Shown piece after piece: positions 1 through 9,664 of a DNA stretch of 64,000 nt (the stretch's first letter is position 1; each line of letters opens with the position of its first letter). This DNA comes from Longimicrobiales bacterium (GTDB lineage Bacteria > Gemmatimonadota > Gemmatimonadetes > Longimicrobiales > Gaopeijiaceae): positions 2,048,001 through 2,112,000 of the forward strand of contig OZ250165.1 in the NCBI GenBank assembly GCA_965238005.1. The letters are read 5' to 3'. The position numbers and the translations under genes are program-made. The notes below the pieces were generated by a model. The model made no database searches. It was not told the DNA's origin and saw nothing but the letters and a program-made list of their open reading frames with translations.

Positions 1-15
1 TTGGTAATTATGCAC

Positions 16-44
16 TTGACACAATCTTGTGTGGGTGTTACTAT
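16..44 (+). promoter_or_regulatory. sigma70 promoter with -35 inside IRL, driving the transposase
   Basis: TTGACA (16-21), 17-bp spacer, extended TG, TACTAT (39-44). Confidence 0.75.
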
Positions 45-199
45 TCATGTATGGACTTCGTAACGCCTTTCCTGCCAGCGGTTTCAGCCACTCGGTCGAG
101 CTCTTTTTTCAGCCGTTTGCCAAACACCTTCTCAGCTAGCTTCACGTCATCCATATCTACCTTCGTAAGCTTCTGCTTTTTCTTAGGAGTCTGATTCAT
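41..199 (-). CDS. small basic hypothetical protein (52 aa) divergent from the transposase
   Basis: ORF MNQTPKKKQK...KSIHE. Its ATG shares the CATG at 197-200 with the transposase ATG. Confidence 0.35.
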   Translation of the reverse strand: MNQTPKKKQKLTKVDMDDVKLAEKVFGKRLKKELDRVAETAGRKGVTKSIHE

Positions 200-1082
200 G
201 GACATCGTCTCCCTACTGGATCGTTTCGCTAACGAGGACACCTGCCGGAAGCACCTGGAGGCTCTGCGTTGGCCCAGTGGTGTCGCGTGCACCCGGTGCG
301 GCGATATGGACGTGAGCCCGATCAAAGGCAGGGGCCAGTGGCACTGCATCGGATGCGGCTACCACTTCAGCGTGAAGTCCGGCACGATCATGCACGACTC
401 GCACCTGCCGCTCCGGAAGTGGTTCGCCGCAATCTACCTGCTCTGCCAGTCCAAGAAAGGCATGAGCGCCCACCAGTTGCACCGGACAATCGGCGTGGCC
501 TACAGGACGGCCTGGTACCTCTGCCACCGCATCCGCGAGGCGATGGGCAACGACCCGTTCACCGGCCCTACGCTCTTCGGCATCGTCGAAGTTGACGAGA
601 CCTTGGTGGGCGGAAAGACCAGGGGCAAGGGTCCCGCCTACAAGGGCAACAAGACCTGGGTGGCCGGGGCCATCCAACGCGGCGGTCAGGTACGCCTTGA
701 GCGCATCCCCAACATCCGGAAGCACACCCTTCATGACTTCATCGCCCGCACCGTCAGAGACGAGGCCGAGGCAATCTACACCGATGAACTCAAGTCCTAC
801 CTCGGGATCGCTGACGACGACACCCGCCATGAGACCGTCAGGCACTCCGAAGAGGAATGGGTCCTGGGCGACGTCCACACCAACGGCATTGAAGGCGTCT
901 GGAGCCTCTTCAAGCGCTCTATCGTAGGATCGTTCCACAAGATCAGCGCCAAGCACATGGACCGCTATTTGGAAGAACTGGAATGGCGCTATAACAACCG
1001 CGACAACCCCAACATCTTCCGCGACACCCTCCGGCGCATCGTGAACACCGACCCGCTCACCTACCGCGAGCTGGTGGCCTAG
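198..1082 (+). CDS. IS1595-family (ISXO2-like) DDE transposase
   Basis: Zn ribbon CTRC...CIGC, HTH, catalytic motifs VEVDET, IYTDE and HTNGIEGVWS, C-terminal YLEELEWRYN, RBS AGGAG. Confidence 0.95.
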   Translation: MDIVSLLDRFANEDTCRKHLEALRWPSGVACTRCGDMDVSPIKGRGQWHCIGCGYHFSVKSGTIMHDSHLPLRKWFAAIYLLCQSKKGMSAHQLHRTIGVAYRTAWYLCHRIREAMGNDPFTGPTLFGIVEVDETLVGGKTRGKGPAYKGNKTWVAGAIQRGGQVRLERIPNIRKHTLHDFIARTVRDEAEAIYTDELKSYLGIADDDTRHETVRHSEEEWVLGDVHTNGIEGVWSLFKRSIVGSFHKISAKHMDRYLEELEWRYNNRDNPNIFRDTLRRIVNTDPLTYRELVA

Positions 1083-1160
1083 GTGGCCGCCCCCAATTGG
1101 AAGCCTAAGACGATTTGGCGACCGGGGCATGGAGTACCTGAAAGCCAAGCTCCAACTCAC

Positions 1161-1766
1161 TTAGTTCACGGAACCCGCAAGAGTTTCCCACAGCTTTTTC
1201 ATCCAGTTCTTGATCCGCACAGGCCGCCGGGCTCTCGTGAGGGTGACTGTAGGCTCTAGAATAGAAACCGACCATTCGGCCGAACCGGCGTCGGCGGACA
1301 AGGGAGGCAGGGTTATAGCCCTGGCAGCCGCGAGCCTCTTTGTCTCTGCCATCGATTGAATCACCGGAAACCAGTTGCGCAACACATCTACGTCCATTTG
1401 GGGGCACGGGACATCAAGTGATCCTAGCTTGTGCATTATCACCAGAATTTCCGCCCTAGTCTTACCGGTGAAATCTAGGCTCCCACCGTCCCAGGATGCA
1501 GTATCGCCCTCCATGAATGAAGCGTGAGCAGCTTTGATTTCAGTGGTCAAATCGTGAAATCGATTTGCTGACCTAAGGCGGCGTATCCATGGCCAGTTGA
1601 TGATAGCTAGCAAGCCGGTGAACAACGTGAACAGCGCCGCGTAATCTGACCCCACCAAATTCACCGGCACGGTAAGCCCCACTGGCCAGAGCCATCTAGA
1701 GAGCGCCCACACGTCGCCGCAGAGAAAAGCCAGGTTCCAGTAGATCTTTGTTCTTTTCCATAGCAT
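1161..1766 (-). CDS. IS passenger gene: hypothetical membrane protein (201 aa)
   Basis: ORF inside the IS, convergent with the transposase, with N-terminal hydrophobic segments and visibly lower GC than host genes. Confidence 0.65.
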   Translation of the reverse strand: MLWKRTKIYWNLAFLCGDVWALSRWLWPVGLTVPVNLVGSDYAALFTLFTGLLAIINWPWIRRLRSANRFHDLTTEIKAAHASFMEGDTASWDGGSLDFTGKTRAEILVIMHKLGSLDVPCPQMDVDVLRNWFPVIQSMAETKRLAAARAITLPPLSADAGSAEWSVSILEPTVTLTRARRPVRIKNWMKKLWETLAGSVN

Positions 1767-1772
1767 CCCCCC

Positions 1773-1801
1773 ATGCTACGGCCCGCCGGCGATTGCGTCA
1801 A
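1773..1801 (-). promoter_or_regulatory. sigma70 promoter with -35 inside IRR, driving the passenger gene (probably leaderless)
   Basis: Minus strand TTGACG (1801-1796), 17 bp, TAGCAT (1778-1773), then 6 G and the ATG at 1766. Confidence 0.6.
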
Positions 1802-2034
1802 GTGCAGAATCACCTATTACTTTTAGCGATAGCTGTCAGACCACGTAGCGAGTTGCTCTTCGGCGAGTCGTACGTATCTTTATGTCGTGAGTATACGTAC
1901 GGGTCCTCCTCACCCTCGAGGACCGGTCCCGCCGTCCCCGAGCACCTCAGCGGGCTGCGAGTCTGGCGCTGGACTGCACGCATGCAGGGCCAACGTCCAG
2001 ACTACCCATCGGGAAGCTCCACAACCCATGCCCG

Positions 2035-2472
2035 CTAGGGCTTCCTACGAGCGAGCCAGTAATCCACGGACATGCGATCCTCCGAGGCCGGCATGGTCAA
2101 CACAAAGAGCAGGAGCGCCGTCCGGGGAATGACGTGGGTATGAAACTCGTACAACGGGTCCGCGAGCAGGTGGCCAAATGTTACGAGAATCAAAACGCCC
2201 CCGAGCGCGAGGAGCGCTGGACGAGTCCATAGTCCGACCAGGAGCAAAGCGCCTGCAACGAATTCCACGAATGGAACGACAGCCCCTACCGCCCACAGAG
2301 ACCACGTCGGCAGAAAGGTGTCCGCATAGGGCCCAACGAACCAGCGGCGAGCATGACCAACGGGGCCAAGCGTGAACAACTTCCACAGCCCGGCCATGAA
2401 GAAGATCAGGCCGAGAATGGCTCGAGCGATGAGGATTGCCCAGCTGCGGCTGTGGATCTGACTGAGGTTCAT
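2035..2472 (-). CDS. DoxX-family membrane protein
   Basis: RAILGLIFFMAGLWK and EFVAGALLLVGLWTR motifs, several TM helices. Confidence 0.85.
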   Translation of the reverse strand: MNLSQIHSRSWAILIARAILGLIFFMAGLWKLFTLGPVGHARRWFVGPYADTFLPTWSLWAVGAVVPFVEFVAGALLLVGLWTRPALLALGGVLILVTFGHLLADPLYEFHTHVIPRTALLLFVLTMPASEDRMSVDYWLARRKP

Positions 2473-2653
2473 CTGAACGGTGGATCCCGTATGGGGATTT
2501 GTGCCGCACCCTAACGACTAGCGATTGACCTGCGCCCGCTTCGCGGTGCTCGGTCGTCTCTGGTCAGGGCCACGACAAGTCGCCATTCTATTGAGCAACC
2601 GACAACGAGGGCAATCGAAGACATCACACCCGCCGCCCGGACCTCTTCCATAG

Positions 2654-3316
2654 ATGAACCCCGAGCGCTTTTCCAAGCTCACCTCGGCACTGCGGCGGCG
2701 CCAGCCTGACCTTACGGTGCTCATGGAGCGGGTCCATAAGAGCCACAACCTTTCGGCCATCCTACGCAACTGCGATGCCGTGGGCGTACTGGAGGCCCAC
2801 GCGGTGCCACCGACGGAGGGGTTGGACCTCCACGGACACACGTCCGCAGGTACGTCTAAGTGGGTCAAAGTGGTCCGGCACGCCACCACCCGAGACGCCG
2901 TGGAGACCTTGAAGGGCCTAGGATTCCACGTACTGGCGGCCCACCCCGGACCCGAGGCTACGGACTTCCGCGACGTCGACTACACCCGGCCCACGGCCAT
3001 CATGATGGGTGCGGAGCTCCTGGGACTCAGCGAGGAGGGGCTCGCTCTCGCCGACGAACACGTCGTGATCCCCATGGTGGGGATGGCCCACTCCTTCAAC
3101 GTCTCGGTGGCCACGGCGATCCTGCTCTTCGAGGCCTTCCGCCAGAGGCAGGCTGCCGGCATGTACGACGCCTCTCGCCTCCACGAGACCGAGTTCGAGC
3201 GGATCCTCTTCGAGTGGGCCTATCCACGGGTGGCCCGGCACTACCGGGAGCGAGGAACGCCCTACCCGCCCTTGAGTGCCGACGGCGGATTCGGGGCGAC
3301 TTCCCTGCCCAGCTGA
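2654..3316 (+). CDS. trmH: tRNA (guanosine(18)-2'-O)-methyltransferase
   Basis: SPOUT motifs HNLSAILRNCDAVG, MGAELLG and IPMVGMAHSFNVSVA, TrmH C-terminus LFEWAYP. Confidence 0.93.
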   Translation: MNPERFSKLTSALRRRQPDLTVLMERVHKSHNLSAILRNCDAVGVLEAHAVPPTEGLDLHGHTSAGTSKWVKVVRHATTRDAVETLKGLGFHVLAAHPGPEATDFRDVDYTRPTAIMMGAELLGLSEEGLALADEHVVIPMVGMAHSFNVSVATAILLFEAFRQRQAAGMYDASRLHETEFERILFEWAYPRVARHYRERGTPYPPLSADGGFGATSLPS

Positions 3317-4674
3317 TACCGCAGCGACTCCTCCAGCCCGGGATATACGAACTCGAAGCCGGTCTCCTCGGCCACGGCCGGTCGCGCCCGGGCACTCGAG
3401 AGCAACATTTCGGTGCCCATCTCCCCGAAGAGAGCCTTCACCGCCAGGCTGGGGACGGGCACGAGGGTCGGCCGGTGGAGCACCCTGCCCAAGGTGCTGG
3501 TGAATGTCGAGTTCGGCACGGGATAGGGTGTGGTGGCGTTCACGGGCCCCCGTATCGTGTCGGTGCGCATCACGTGGAGGATCAAGCTCAGCATGTCATC
3601 GTGATCGATCCAGCTCATGTACTGCCGGCCGCTTCCCAGCCGACCCCCGATCCCCACCTTGAAGGGGAGGAGCATGGTGCCCAATGCGCCTCCAGCCGGC
3701 GTCAGGACCAGGCCGGTACGGAGGTTCACAACCCGAATGGCCATTCTGGCGGCCGGTCGCGTTGCCTCTTCCCAGGCTTTACAGAGCTCCGCGAGAAACC
3801 CCTTCCCGGGCTTGGAGCTCTCCGTGAGCACCTGATTGCCCCTGTCGCCGTAGTACCCCACGGCCGAGGAGGCCACGAGCACCCGGGGAGGCCGTCTCAG
3901 CTGGGCGAGGGTGCGGGCCAGCCACTCCGTCGCCTTCACACGGCTCTGCCAGATGCGCTTCTTCTTATCGTCGGTCCATCGAAGGCCCAGCAGAGGCTCC
4001 CCGGCCAGGTGCACGACCGCGTCCAGTCCCTCGAGCTTGCTCATGTCCTCGGGCTCACCACTCGGATTCCAGAGCGCGTCGTCGGGGCCGAGCGCCCCTG
4101 CATCCCGTCGCAGCCGGACGACCCGGTGTCCCCCTGTGGTGAGCATGGCGCACAGGGCATGGCCGATGAGGCCGGTAGAGCCGGTCACGCCGACCTTCAG
4201 GGTCCGGTCCTCCCGGTAGCGGTCGATGCGGTCGAGATCGTTGGCCAGCCTCTGGTGCCGGAACGTGAAGAGGCGCTCGAGCTCGTGCTCCACGGTGGAT
4301 CCTCCGAGCAGCTGCCCGGCCACGCCCATGGGGAGCTCCCAGTCCACGTGATCCTCCACCAGACACCCGCCCGTCTCCGTTGGCTCGAATCGGTGCGTAT
4401 GGACCCATCGCGTGAACGGACCGCGAGTCTGCTCATCCCGGAACGACACGCCCTTCTCGAAGTCGGTGTGCCGCACCTCCCACTTGACATCGGTGGGCCC
4501 GCGTCGAACCCGGAAGAGGATCCGGCCGCCGTCGGCCGGTGTACCTGAGCGCTTCAGGATCTCGACGCTCTCCCAGGGGGGAATGAGGCGCTCGAGGGCC
4601 CCTGGGCGCATATGCCAGGCGAAGACCTTGTCGAGAGGGTGATTCAACCGGGTCCGCAGAACGAACTCAGGCAA
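3262..4674 (-). CDS. TIGR01777-family NAD-dependent epimerase with N-terminal SRPBCC domain
   Basis: WHMRPGALERLIPPWE SRPBCC domain, VTGSTGLIG, AVVHLAGEP, SSAVGYYG. TTG start at 4674 inferred from an RBS. Confidence 0.88.
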   Translation of the reverse strand: MPEFVLRTRLNHPLDKVFAWHMRPGALERLIPPWESVEILKRSGTPADGGRILFRVRRGPTDVKWEVRHTDFEKGVSFRDEQTRGPFTRWVHTHRFEPTETGGCLVEDHVDWELPMGVAGQLLGGSTVEHELERLFTFRHQRLANDLDRIDRYREDRTLKVGVTGSTGLIGHALCAMLTTGGHRVVRLRRDAGALGPDDALWNPSGEPEDMSKLEGLDAVVHLAGEPLLGLRWTDDKKKRIWQSRVKATEWLARTLAQLRRPPRVLVASSAVGYYGDRGNQVLTESSKPGKGFLAELCKAWEEATRPAARMAIRVVNLRTGLVLTPAGGALGTMLLPFKVGIGGRLGSGRQYMSWIDHDDMLSLILHVMRTDTIRGPVNATTPYPVPNSTFTSTLGRVLHRPTLVPVPSLAVKALFGEMGTEMLLSSARARPAVAEETGFEFVYPGLEESLRYQLGREVAPNPPSALKGG

Positions 4675-4688
4675 TCCAGCCTTGCCTC

Positions 4689-7600
4689 TCACCCGTCGGT
4701 CGATCCGCCATCCGCTTCGGTCGACGCCATTGGGAAGAGGGTGGTCAGGAAGCTGAGCAGCCGATCGGCGAACCCATCCCCCTTCAGAACCACCCCCGAA
4801 ACCTTGTCGGACAGGAGCTCCATTTCCGCATCGGAGAGGTTCTTGCCCGTGATGACGATCACCGGAAGACCCGTGTGGTACGGATTCTCCCGGAGCCGAT
4901 CGAGGAAGGTGAGACCGTGCATGCCCGGCATGGACAGGTCCAGGAGGATGGCCCCGGGCGTTTCCCTCGCCACCTCCTCCAAGGCTTCCTGTCCGGAGAT
5001 TACGCAATGGACGTCCAAGCCCTCCGGCTTCAGCAGGGCCGTGATGAGCCTGTGGACCTCGGGATCGTCGTCGACGACGAGAACGCGATGTTCTGCTCGA
5101 TGCACGAGGTTGCGCCACAGCACGCGAAGCAGGTGCGTCCGATCGACCGGCTTGTTGAGAAGGTCGATGGCCCCCAAGAGGCGGCCTCGCCCCTCGCTGG
5201 CGACGATGCTGACAACGACCACGGGGATATCCTTCACTTCGGCGTCGGCCTTCAGGCGTCGGAGCACTTCCCAGCCGTCCATCTCCGGCATCTGCAGGTC
5301 GAGTGTGATGAGGTCGGGCCGGTGCTCCCGCGCCATAGCCATTCCCTCCGCCCCCGACGCGGCCTCCAGGACCTCACACCCGAACTCGCCCAGGTAGTGC
5401 TGCATCAGGACCCGGGAGTCCACCTCGTCGTCTATGACCAGGACCTTGAAGTGCTGGATCTCGCCCTGGGGCCGCACGGGTGCCCCCGCGTCAGGCACGG
5501 GCGTACCTCCGTCGCCTTCCGGAGCCCCGACCTCGGCCGGCGCACCATCCCCGGTGGATTCGGCACCCTCCTCGGACGGTTCGGCGCCCTCCTCTGCCTC
5601 CACATCGCGCTCTGGCTGTTGGACACTCTCGAGCCCACCCGTGAACTCGATCGCGAAGGTGGTTCCCTTCCCCACCTCGCTCTCCACCGTGAGGTCATAA
5701 CCCATGAGCAGGCACATGGATCGCGAAATCGTCAAACCCAGCCCAGTGCCGCCGAACTGGCGGGCGGTGCCGGCCTCGGCTTGCTGGAAGGCCTCGAAGA
5801 TCGCCCCCAGCCGTTCGGGTGGGATCCCGATCCCGCTGTCCTGGATCTCGACAGTGGCCGGCGTGCTCGTGCCCTCTTCGATGGTCGCCCGAACAACGAT
5901 CTCACCGGTCTCGGTGAACTTGAGGGCGTTCCCCAGCAGGTTCACGATAACCTGCTTCAGCTTGGCCGAATCGGCGTCAAAGTCGTCGATCACGTCCGGG
6001 ACTTCGACTCGCACTTCGACCTTTCCCTGCTTCTGCCTGATCTGCCCATCCACCAAGGCTACGGCCTCGTTGACCAGGGTACGCAGGGAGAGGGTATGAA
6101 CATCCAGCTCCAACCGCCCGGATTCGATCTTCGCCAGGTCGAGGATCTCGTTGATGAGCACGAGCAGGTGCTTGCCGTTGACCTGGATCCTCTCCAGGAA
6201 CCCCAGGTCGGATTTCTCCAGGTTCTGCTTCTTGTTCTTAAGGAGGATGTTGGCGAAGCCGATGACAGAGTTGAGCGGCGTACGCAGCTCATGGCTCATG
6301 TTGGCGAGCAATTGGCTCTTGGCCGTGTTGGCAGCCTCGGCCTCCTCCTTGGCCGTGACGAGATCTTCCTCGGCTCGCCTCCTCCTAGTGATGTCCTTGC
6401 CGAACACCACGACGCCCGACGATCCCTGCTGGTCCTGGATGGGGCTGAAGAAGAGCTCGAAGTGCCGCAGCTCGCCGCCCACCTCATCGGCTCGCACGCG
6501 GGACATCCGCTTTCCAATGAGGACGAGGCCGTAGATCTCCCGGTACCAGGCGGCCTGGTCCTCGGGATAGAGATCTTCGGGGGCGTCGTCGACCTGGGGC
6601 TCCAAGCCCGTGCGAGCCTCCACCTCCAGAGCGAAAGCGGAGTTGAAGGTGATGAGACGGTGTTGGCTGTCGACCGACCAGATGACGTCACCGGTGTTCT
6701 CCACCAGGGCGTTCAAGTTCGCCTGCGAAGCGGCGAGATCCCGCTCCGCCATCATGGTTTCGGTCACGTCTCGAATGATGGACCGGATGGCCACGACCTT
6801 CCCGTTGTCGCGACTTGGGGTGGCGCTGATGGCGCAGATGACCGGGTCGCCCGTCCGGGTGCGGAACTCGGAGATGTAGCGCTCGAGGGAGCCACCATCG
6901 CGCAGGGACTGGAAGACCTCCTCCAGACCAGTCCGGTCCAGGGGCTCCAGCACGTCGAAGACGTTCTTCCCTTCGACCTCGCTGTCCTCGTAGCCGAAGG
7001 CGGCCTGCCACGCCCGATTTACGTAGACGAGGGCGCCCTCCGCATCCGTGATGTGGATCAGGTCGTTGGCGTTATCAAGAAAGTCCCGGAGTCGGTGTTC
7101 GGCCTCGGTCCTGTCCTTCACCTCGCGAGCCATGGCCAGGTTGGTGTCGCGCACGGCTAGCAGGGCATCGGTCTCGGACCGAAACGTCACGAAGACGCTC
7201 ACCATAAGGCCCGCAAGCACGCATACGTGGGCGCTGATCTTCAGGACATGAGCCGCGTCCGCCACGCCGTCGAACTCGCTGGTGGCCAGCGACATGTACA
7301 TGGCGTGAACGAACACGCTGATCATGAGCGACATCAGCAGCCAGTGCTCGAAGGGCTCCGTCCGCCACTGGCCTCGTCGCAGATACCCAACCCACGCGGC
7401 GAAGAAGAAGAGCGCAGGAAGGAACTCCGCGGGACGTATCACCACGAGGTCCGGGTAATAGGCGCGAGCGAGGGGAACGAAAGACAGGACGCCGCTCGCC
7501 TCCCGAGGGAAGCCCAGCGCCGAGAAGATGATGAACACCGTGACGGCCAGGGCCGCCCCCATCATGAACACCCAACGCTCGTTGATGCGGTCCTCCTGGA

Positions 7601-8141
7601 ACCCCTCCTCCTTCGACCACAGGAAGACCGTGGCGAAGAGGAACAGGGAGAGGAAGAGCCGTGACGCCGTCCACGACCACGCCACGCCGTCGGCCGTCTG
7701 GAGACCCGTGGCGCCTCCACCCACCAGGACGGATGTCATGACGGCGTGATATCCGTTCAGGACCCCCGCGCCGAGGAAGCCCGTCCCGATGAAGAGGAAG
7801 GTGTCTTGCTTCTTGCTGTAGTACCGGACCAACGAGAGGCTACCGACGACCAACGCCAACGTGGTGCTTACGAACTCCCAGATGACGTGCCGGCCCTGGT
7901 CGTCGGCGAACGGGAAGCGCCTGAAGAGATTGGCTCCCATGAAGAGGACCGCCACCAGAATCCAGTAGACGGTCGTCCGCTCCCGGGTACGATCGTCGTT
8001 CGCCTTGAGGTACTGCAGGGAGTCGATGTCGGAGGACGATTCTTCGGCCTCCGTTTCCGGCAGGCTGGGGTCCAGGGCTGCGGGTGGGACCTCCATGTCC
8101 GTGACCTCAGGTGCGTCCGCCGCCGGCCCGGCTCGGTTCAC
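4689..8141 (-). CDS. membrane-bound hybrid histidine kinase (multi-TM sensor, 2 PAS, HisKA, HATPase, 2 REC)
   Basis: NMSHELRTPLN, NLLGNALKFT, DSGIGI, FGGTGLGL, two receiver domains with LDLQMP and LDLSMP. Confidence 0.95.
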   Translation of the reverse strand: MNRAGPAADAPEVTDMEVPPAALDPSLPETEAEESSSDIDSLQYLKANDDRTRERTTVYWILVAVLFMGANLFRRFPFADDQGRHVIWEFVSTTLALVVGSLSLVRYYSKKQDTFLFIGTGFLGAGVLNGYHAVMTSVLVGGGATGLQTADGVAWSWTASRLFLSLFLFATVFLWSKEEGFQEDRINERWVFMMGAALAVTVFIIFSALGFPREASGVLSFVPLARAYYPDLVVIRPAEFLPALFFFAAWVGYLRRGQWRTEPFEHWLLMSLMISVFVHAMYMSLATSEFDGVADAAHVLKISAHVCVLAGLMVSVFVTFRSETDALLAVRDTNLAMAREVKDRTEAEHRLRDFLDNANDLIHITDAEGALVYVNRAWQAAFGYEDSEVEGKNVFDVLEPLDRTGLEEVFQSLRDGGSLERYISEFRTRTGDPVICAISATPSRDNGKVVAIRSIIRDVTETMMAERDLAASQANLNALVENTGDVIWSVDSQHRLITFNSAFALEVEARTGLEPQVDDAPEDLYPEDQAAWYREIYGLVLIGKRMSRVRADEVGGELRHFELFFSPIQDQQGSSGVVVFGKDITRRRRAEEDLVTAKEEAEAANTAKSQLLANMSHELRTPLNSVIGFANILLKNKKQNLEKSDLGFLERIQVNGKHLLVLINEILDLAKIESGRLELDVHTLSLRTLVNEAVALVDGQIRQKQGKVEVRVEVPDVIDDFDADSAKLKQVIVNLLGNALKFTETGEIVVRATIEEGTSTPATVEIQDSGIGIPPERLGAIFEAFQQAEAGTARQFGGTGLGLTISRSMCLLMGYDLTVESEVGKGTTFAIEFTGGLESVQQPERDVEAEEGAEPSEEGAESTGDGAPAEVGAPEGDGGTPVPDAGAPVRPQGEIQHFKVLVIDDEVDSRVLMQHYLGEFGCEVLEAASGAEGMAMAREHRPDLITLDLQMPEMDGWEVLRRLKADAEVKDIPVVVVSIVASEGRGRLLGAIDLLNKPVDRTHLLRVLWRNLVHRAEHRVLVVDDDPEVHRLITALLKPEGLDVHCVISGQEALEEVARETPGAILLDLSMPGMHGLTFLDRLRENPYHTGLPVIVITGKNLSDAEMELLSDKVSGVVLKGDGFADRLLSFLTTLFPMASTEADGGSTDG

Positions 8142-8512
8142 GGCGTTCCGGTCAACAGTCGCTCAATGGCCCCCATGAGCAAGTCCTCGTCGATGATCGG
8201 CTTGGTCAGGTAGTCGTTGAACCCCATTTCCAGGTACTTCTCCCGATCGCCCGACATGGCGTGGGCCGTGAGTGCGATGACGGGGAGGTCGACGAACTCG
8301 TCTTGAGAGCGGATCCACTCCAGGACCTCGGTGCCATCCATTCCGGGAAGGGAGATGTCCAGGAGCACCAGATCGGGCACGTTCCCGGGCAGGCCCTCGA
8401 CGGCCTCGGCGCCCGTCTCGTACTCCGAGATCTCGTACTCGTCCTCGAGAAGCGCTTCCACCAACAGCCGGTTGTCCGGATTGTCCTCCACCACCGCGAT
8501 CTTGGGCTTCAT
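8138..8512 (-). CDS. single-domain response regulator
   Basis: VEDN, LLDISLPGMDG, ALTAHA, KP. Confidence 0.93.
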   Translation of the reverse strand: MKPKIAVVEDNPDNRLLVEALLEDEYEISEYETGAEAVEGLPGNVPDLVLLDISLPGMDGTEVLEWIRSQDEFVDLPVIALTAHAMSGDREKYLEMGFNDYLTKPIIDEDLLMGAIERLLTGTP

Positions 8513-8871
8513 TCGGCTGATCCTTGCCAGATGCTTTCCAGTGCCGTCAATGCCTCGGCAAAGGCCTCCTCCAAATCGGGGAGAAGCTCACGGGTACGTT
8601 GGGCCTCACCGGCCGACGCCGCGATCTCGATCTCGTTGGCGATCCGTTGCACATGCTCCGCTCCGAGGTTCGCCGCGCTGGACTTGAGCGAGTGAGCCCC
8701 TCGCTCGGGCTGGTCCAAGCCGCCATCCTCCAGCACAGTCCGGATCTGATCCATACGGGTAGGACCGCTCTCGAGGAACAACCGAATCATCTCGTTGACG
8801 AGCTTCGGCCCTCCCCAACCCTCGAGGCGTTCGAGGATGTCGAGATTGATGATCGTCGATTCGATAGGCAT
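8509..8871 (-). CDS. Hpt phosphotransfer protein
   Basis: AHSLKSSAANLGA motif. Confidence 0.9.
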   Translation of the reverse strand: MPIESTIINLDILERLEGWGGPKLVNEMIRLFLESGPTRMDQIRTVLEDGGLDQPERGAHSLKSSAANLGAEHVQRIANEIEIAASAGEAQRTRELLPDLEEAFAEALTALESIWQGSAE

Positions 8872-8986
8872 CGTTTTCCAGTCTAGCGTTTAGGGCACGA
8901 CAATTCCAGGATTTGCATCGCTCGGTGCCTCGTCATGACTCTACGATCACGCCGGTCTTTCCGGATGCGATTCGGAGGCACACCGG

Positions 8987-9664
8987 TCAATCAGCCGCCA
9001 CGCTCTCCGCCGACTCTCTGAGGAACCGGATGGCCTCGGCGATCCCGCCCGGGTGTCGATACACCGCCGATCCGGCCACCAGCACGGTGGCGCCCGCACC
9101 CGCCGCGGCTCCTGCCGTGTGGCGGTCCACGCCCCCATCCACCTCGAGCTCGGCGCCCTCCACCCCGTTCTCGTCGAGCATCCGCCGGAGCTGTGCGATC
9201 TTGTCCGTGCTCGAGCGGATGTACGACTGTCCACCGAAGCCCGGATTGACCGACATGACGAGCACAAGGTCCACGTAGGGCACGATCTCCGTCAGGGTCT
9301 CCACGGGTGTGGCCGGGTTCAGACTCACCCCGGGACGGACGTCCAGCTCACGGATCTGCTCCAGCGTGCGGTGAAGGTGCCTGCAGGCTTCCAGGTGCAC
9401 TGTCAGAAAATCCGCGCCGGCGTCGGCGAACGCCTCGAGATACCGTTCCGGCTGCTCGATCATGAGGTGCACGTCCACCGGAAGATCCGTGGCCGCCCGC
9501 ACCGCCGCCGTGACCACCGGCCCGATAGTGATGTTCGGTACGAAGTGACCGTCCATGACGTCGACGTGGATCCAGTCCGCCCCCGCCTCGGCGGCTTCCG
9601 CTACCTGCTCGGCCAGACGACCGAAGTCGGACGACAGGATGGAAGGCGCGATCTTGACGCTCAT
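8987..9664 (-). CDS. rpe: ribulose-phosphate 3-epimerase
   Basis: IAPSILS, HVDVMDGHFVPN, MSVNPGFGGQ, EVDGG. Confidence 0.97.
   Translation of the reverse strand: MSVKIAPSILSSDFGRLAEQVAEAAEAGADWIHVDVMDGHFVPNITIGPVVTAAVRAATDLPVDVHLMIEQPERYLEAFADAGADFLTVHLEACRHLHRTLEQIRELDVRPGVSLNPATPVETLTEIVPYVDLVLVMSVNPGFGGQSYIRSSTDKIAQLRRMLDENGVEGAELEVDGGVDRHTAGAAAGAGATVLVAGSAVYRHPGGIAEAIRFLRESAESVAAD

Larger units (their letters stand above)
3..1814 (+). mobile_element. IS1595-family insertion sequence carrying a passenger gene (complete)
   Basis: IRL 3-26 GGTAATTATGCACTTGACACAATC and IRR 1791-1814 GATTGCGTCAAGTGCAGAATCACC are reverse complements at 21/24 positions. The element encloses an IS1595-type transposase. 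The right flank TATTACTT (1815-1822) ends in TT, matching the only visible left-flank bases (1-2), which is compatible with an 8-bp AT-rich target duplication. Confidence 0.9.
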
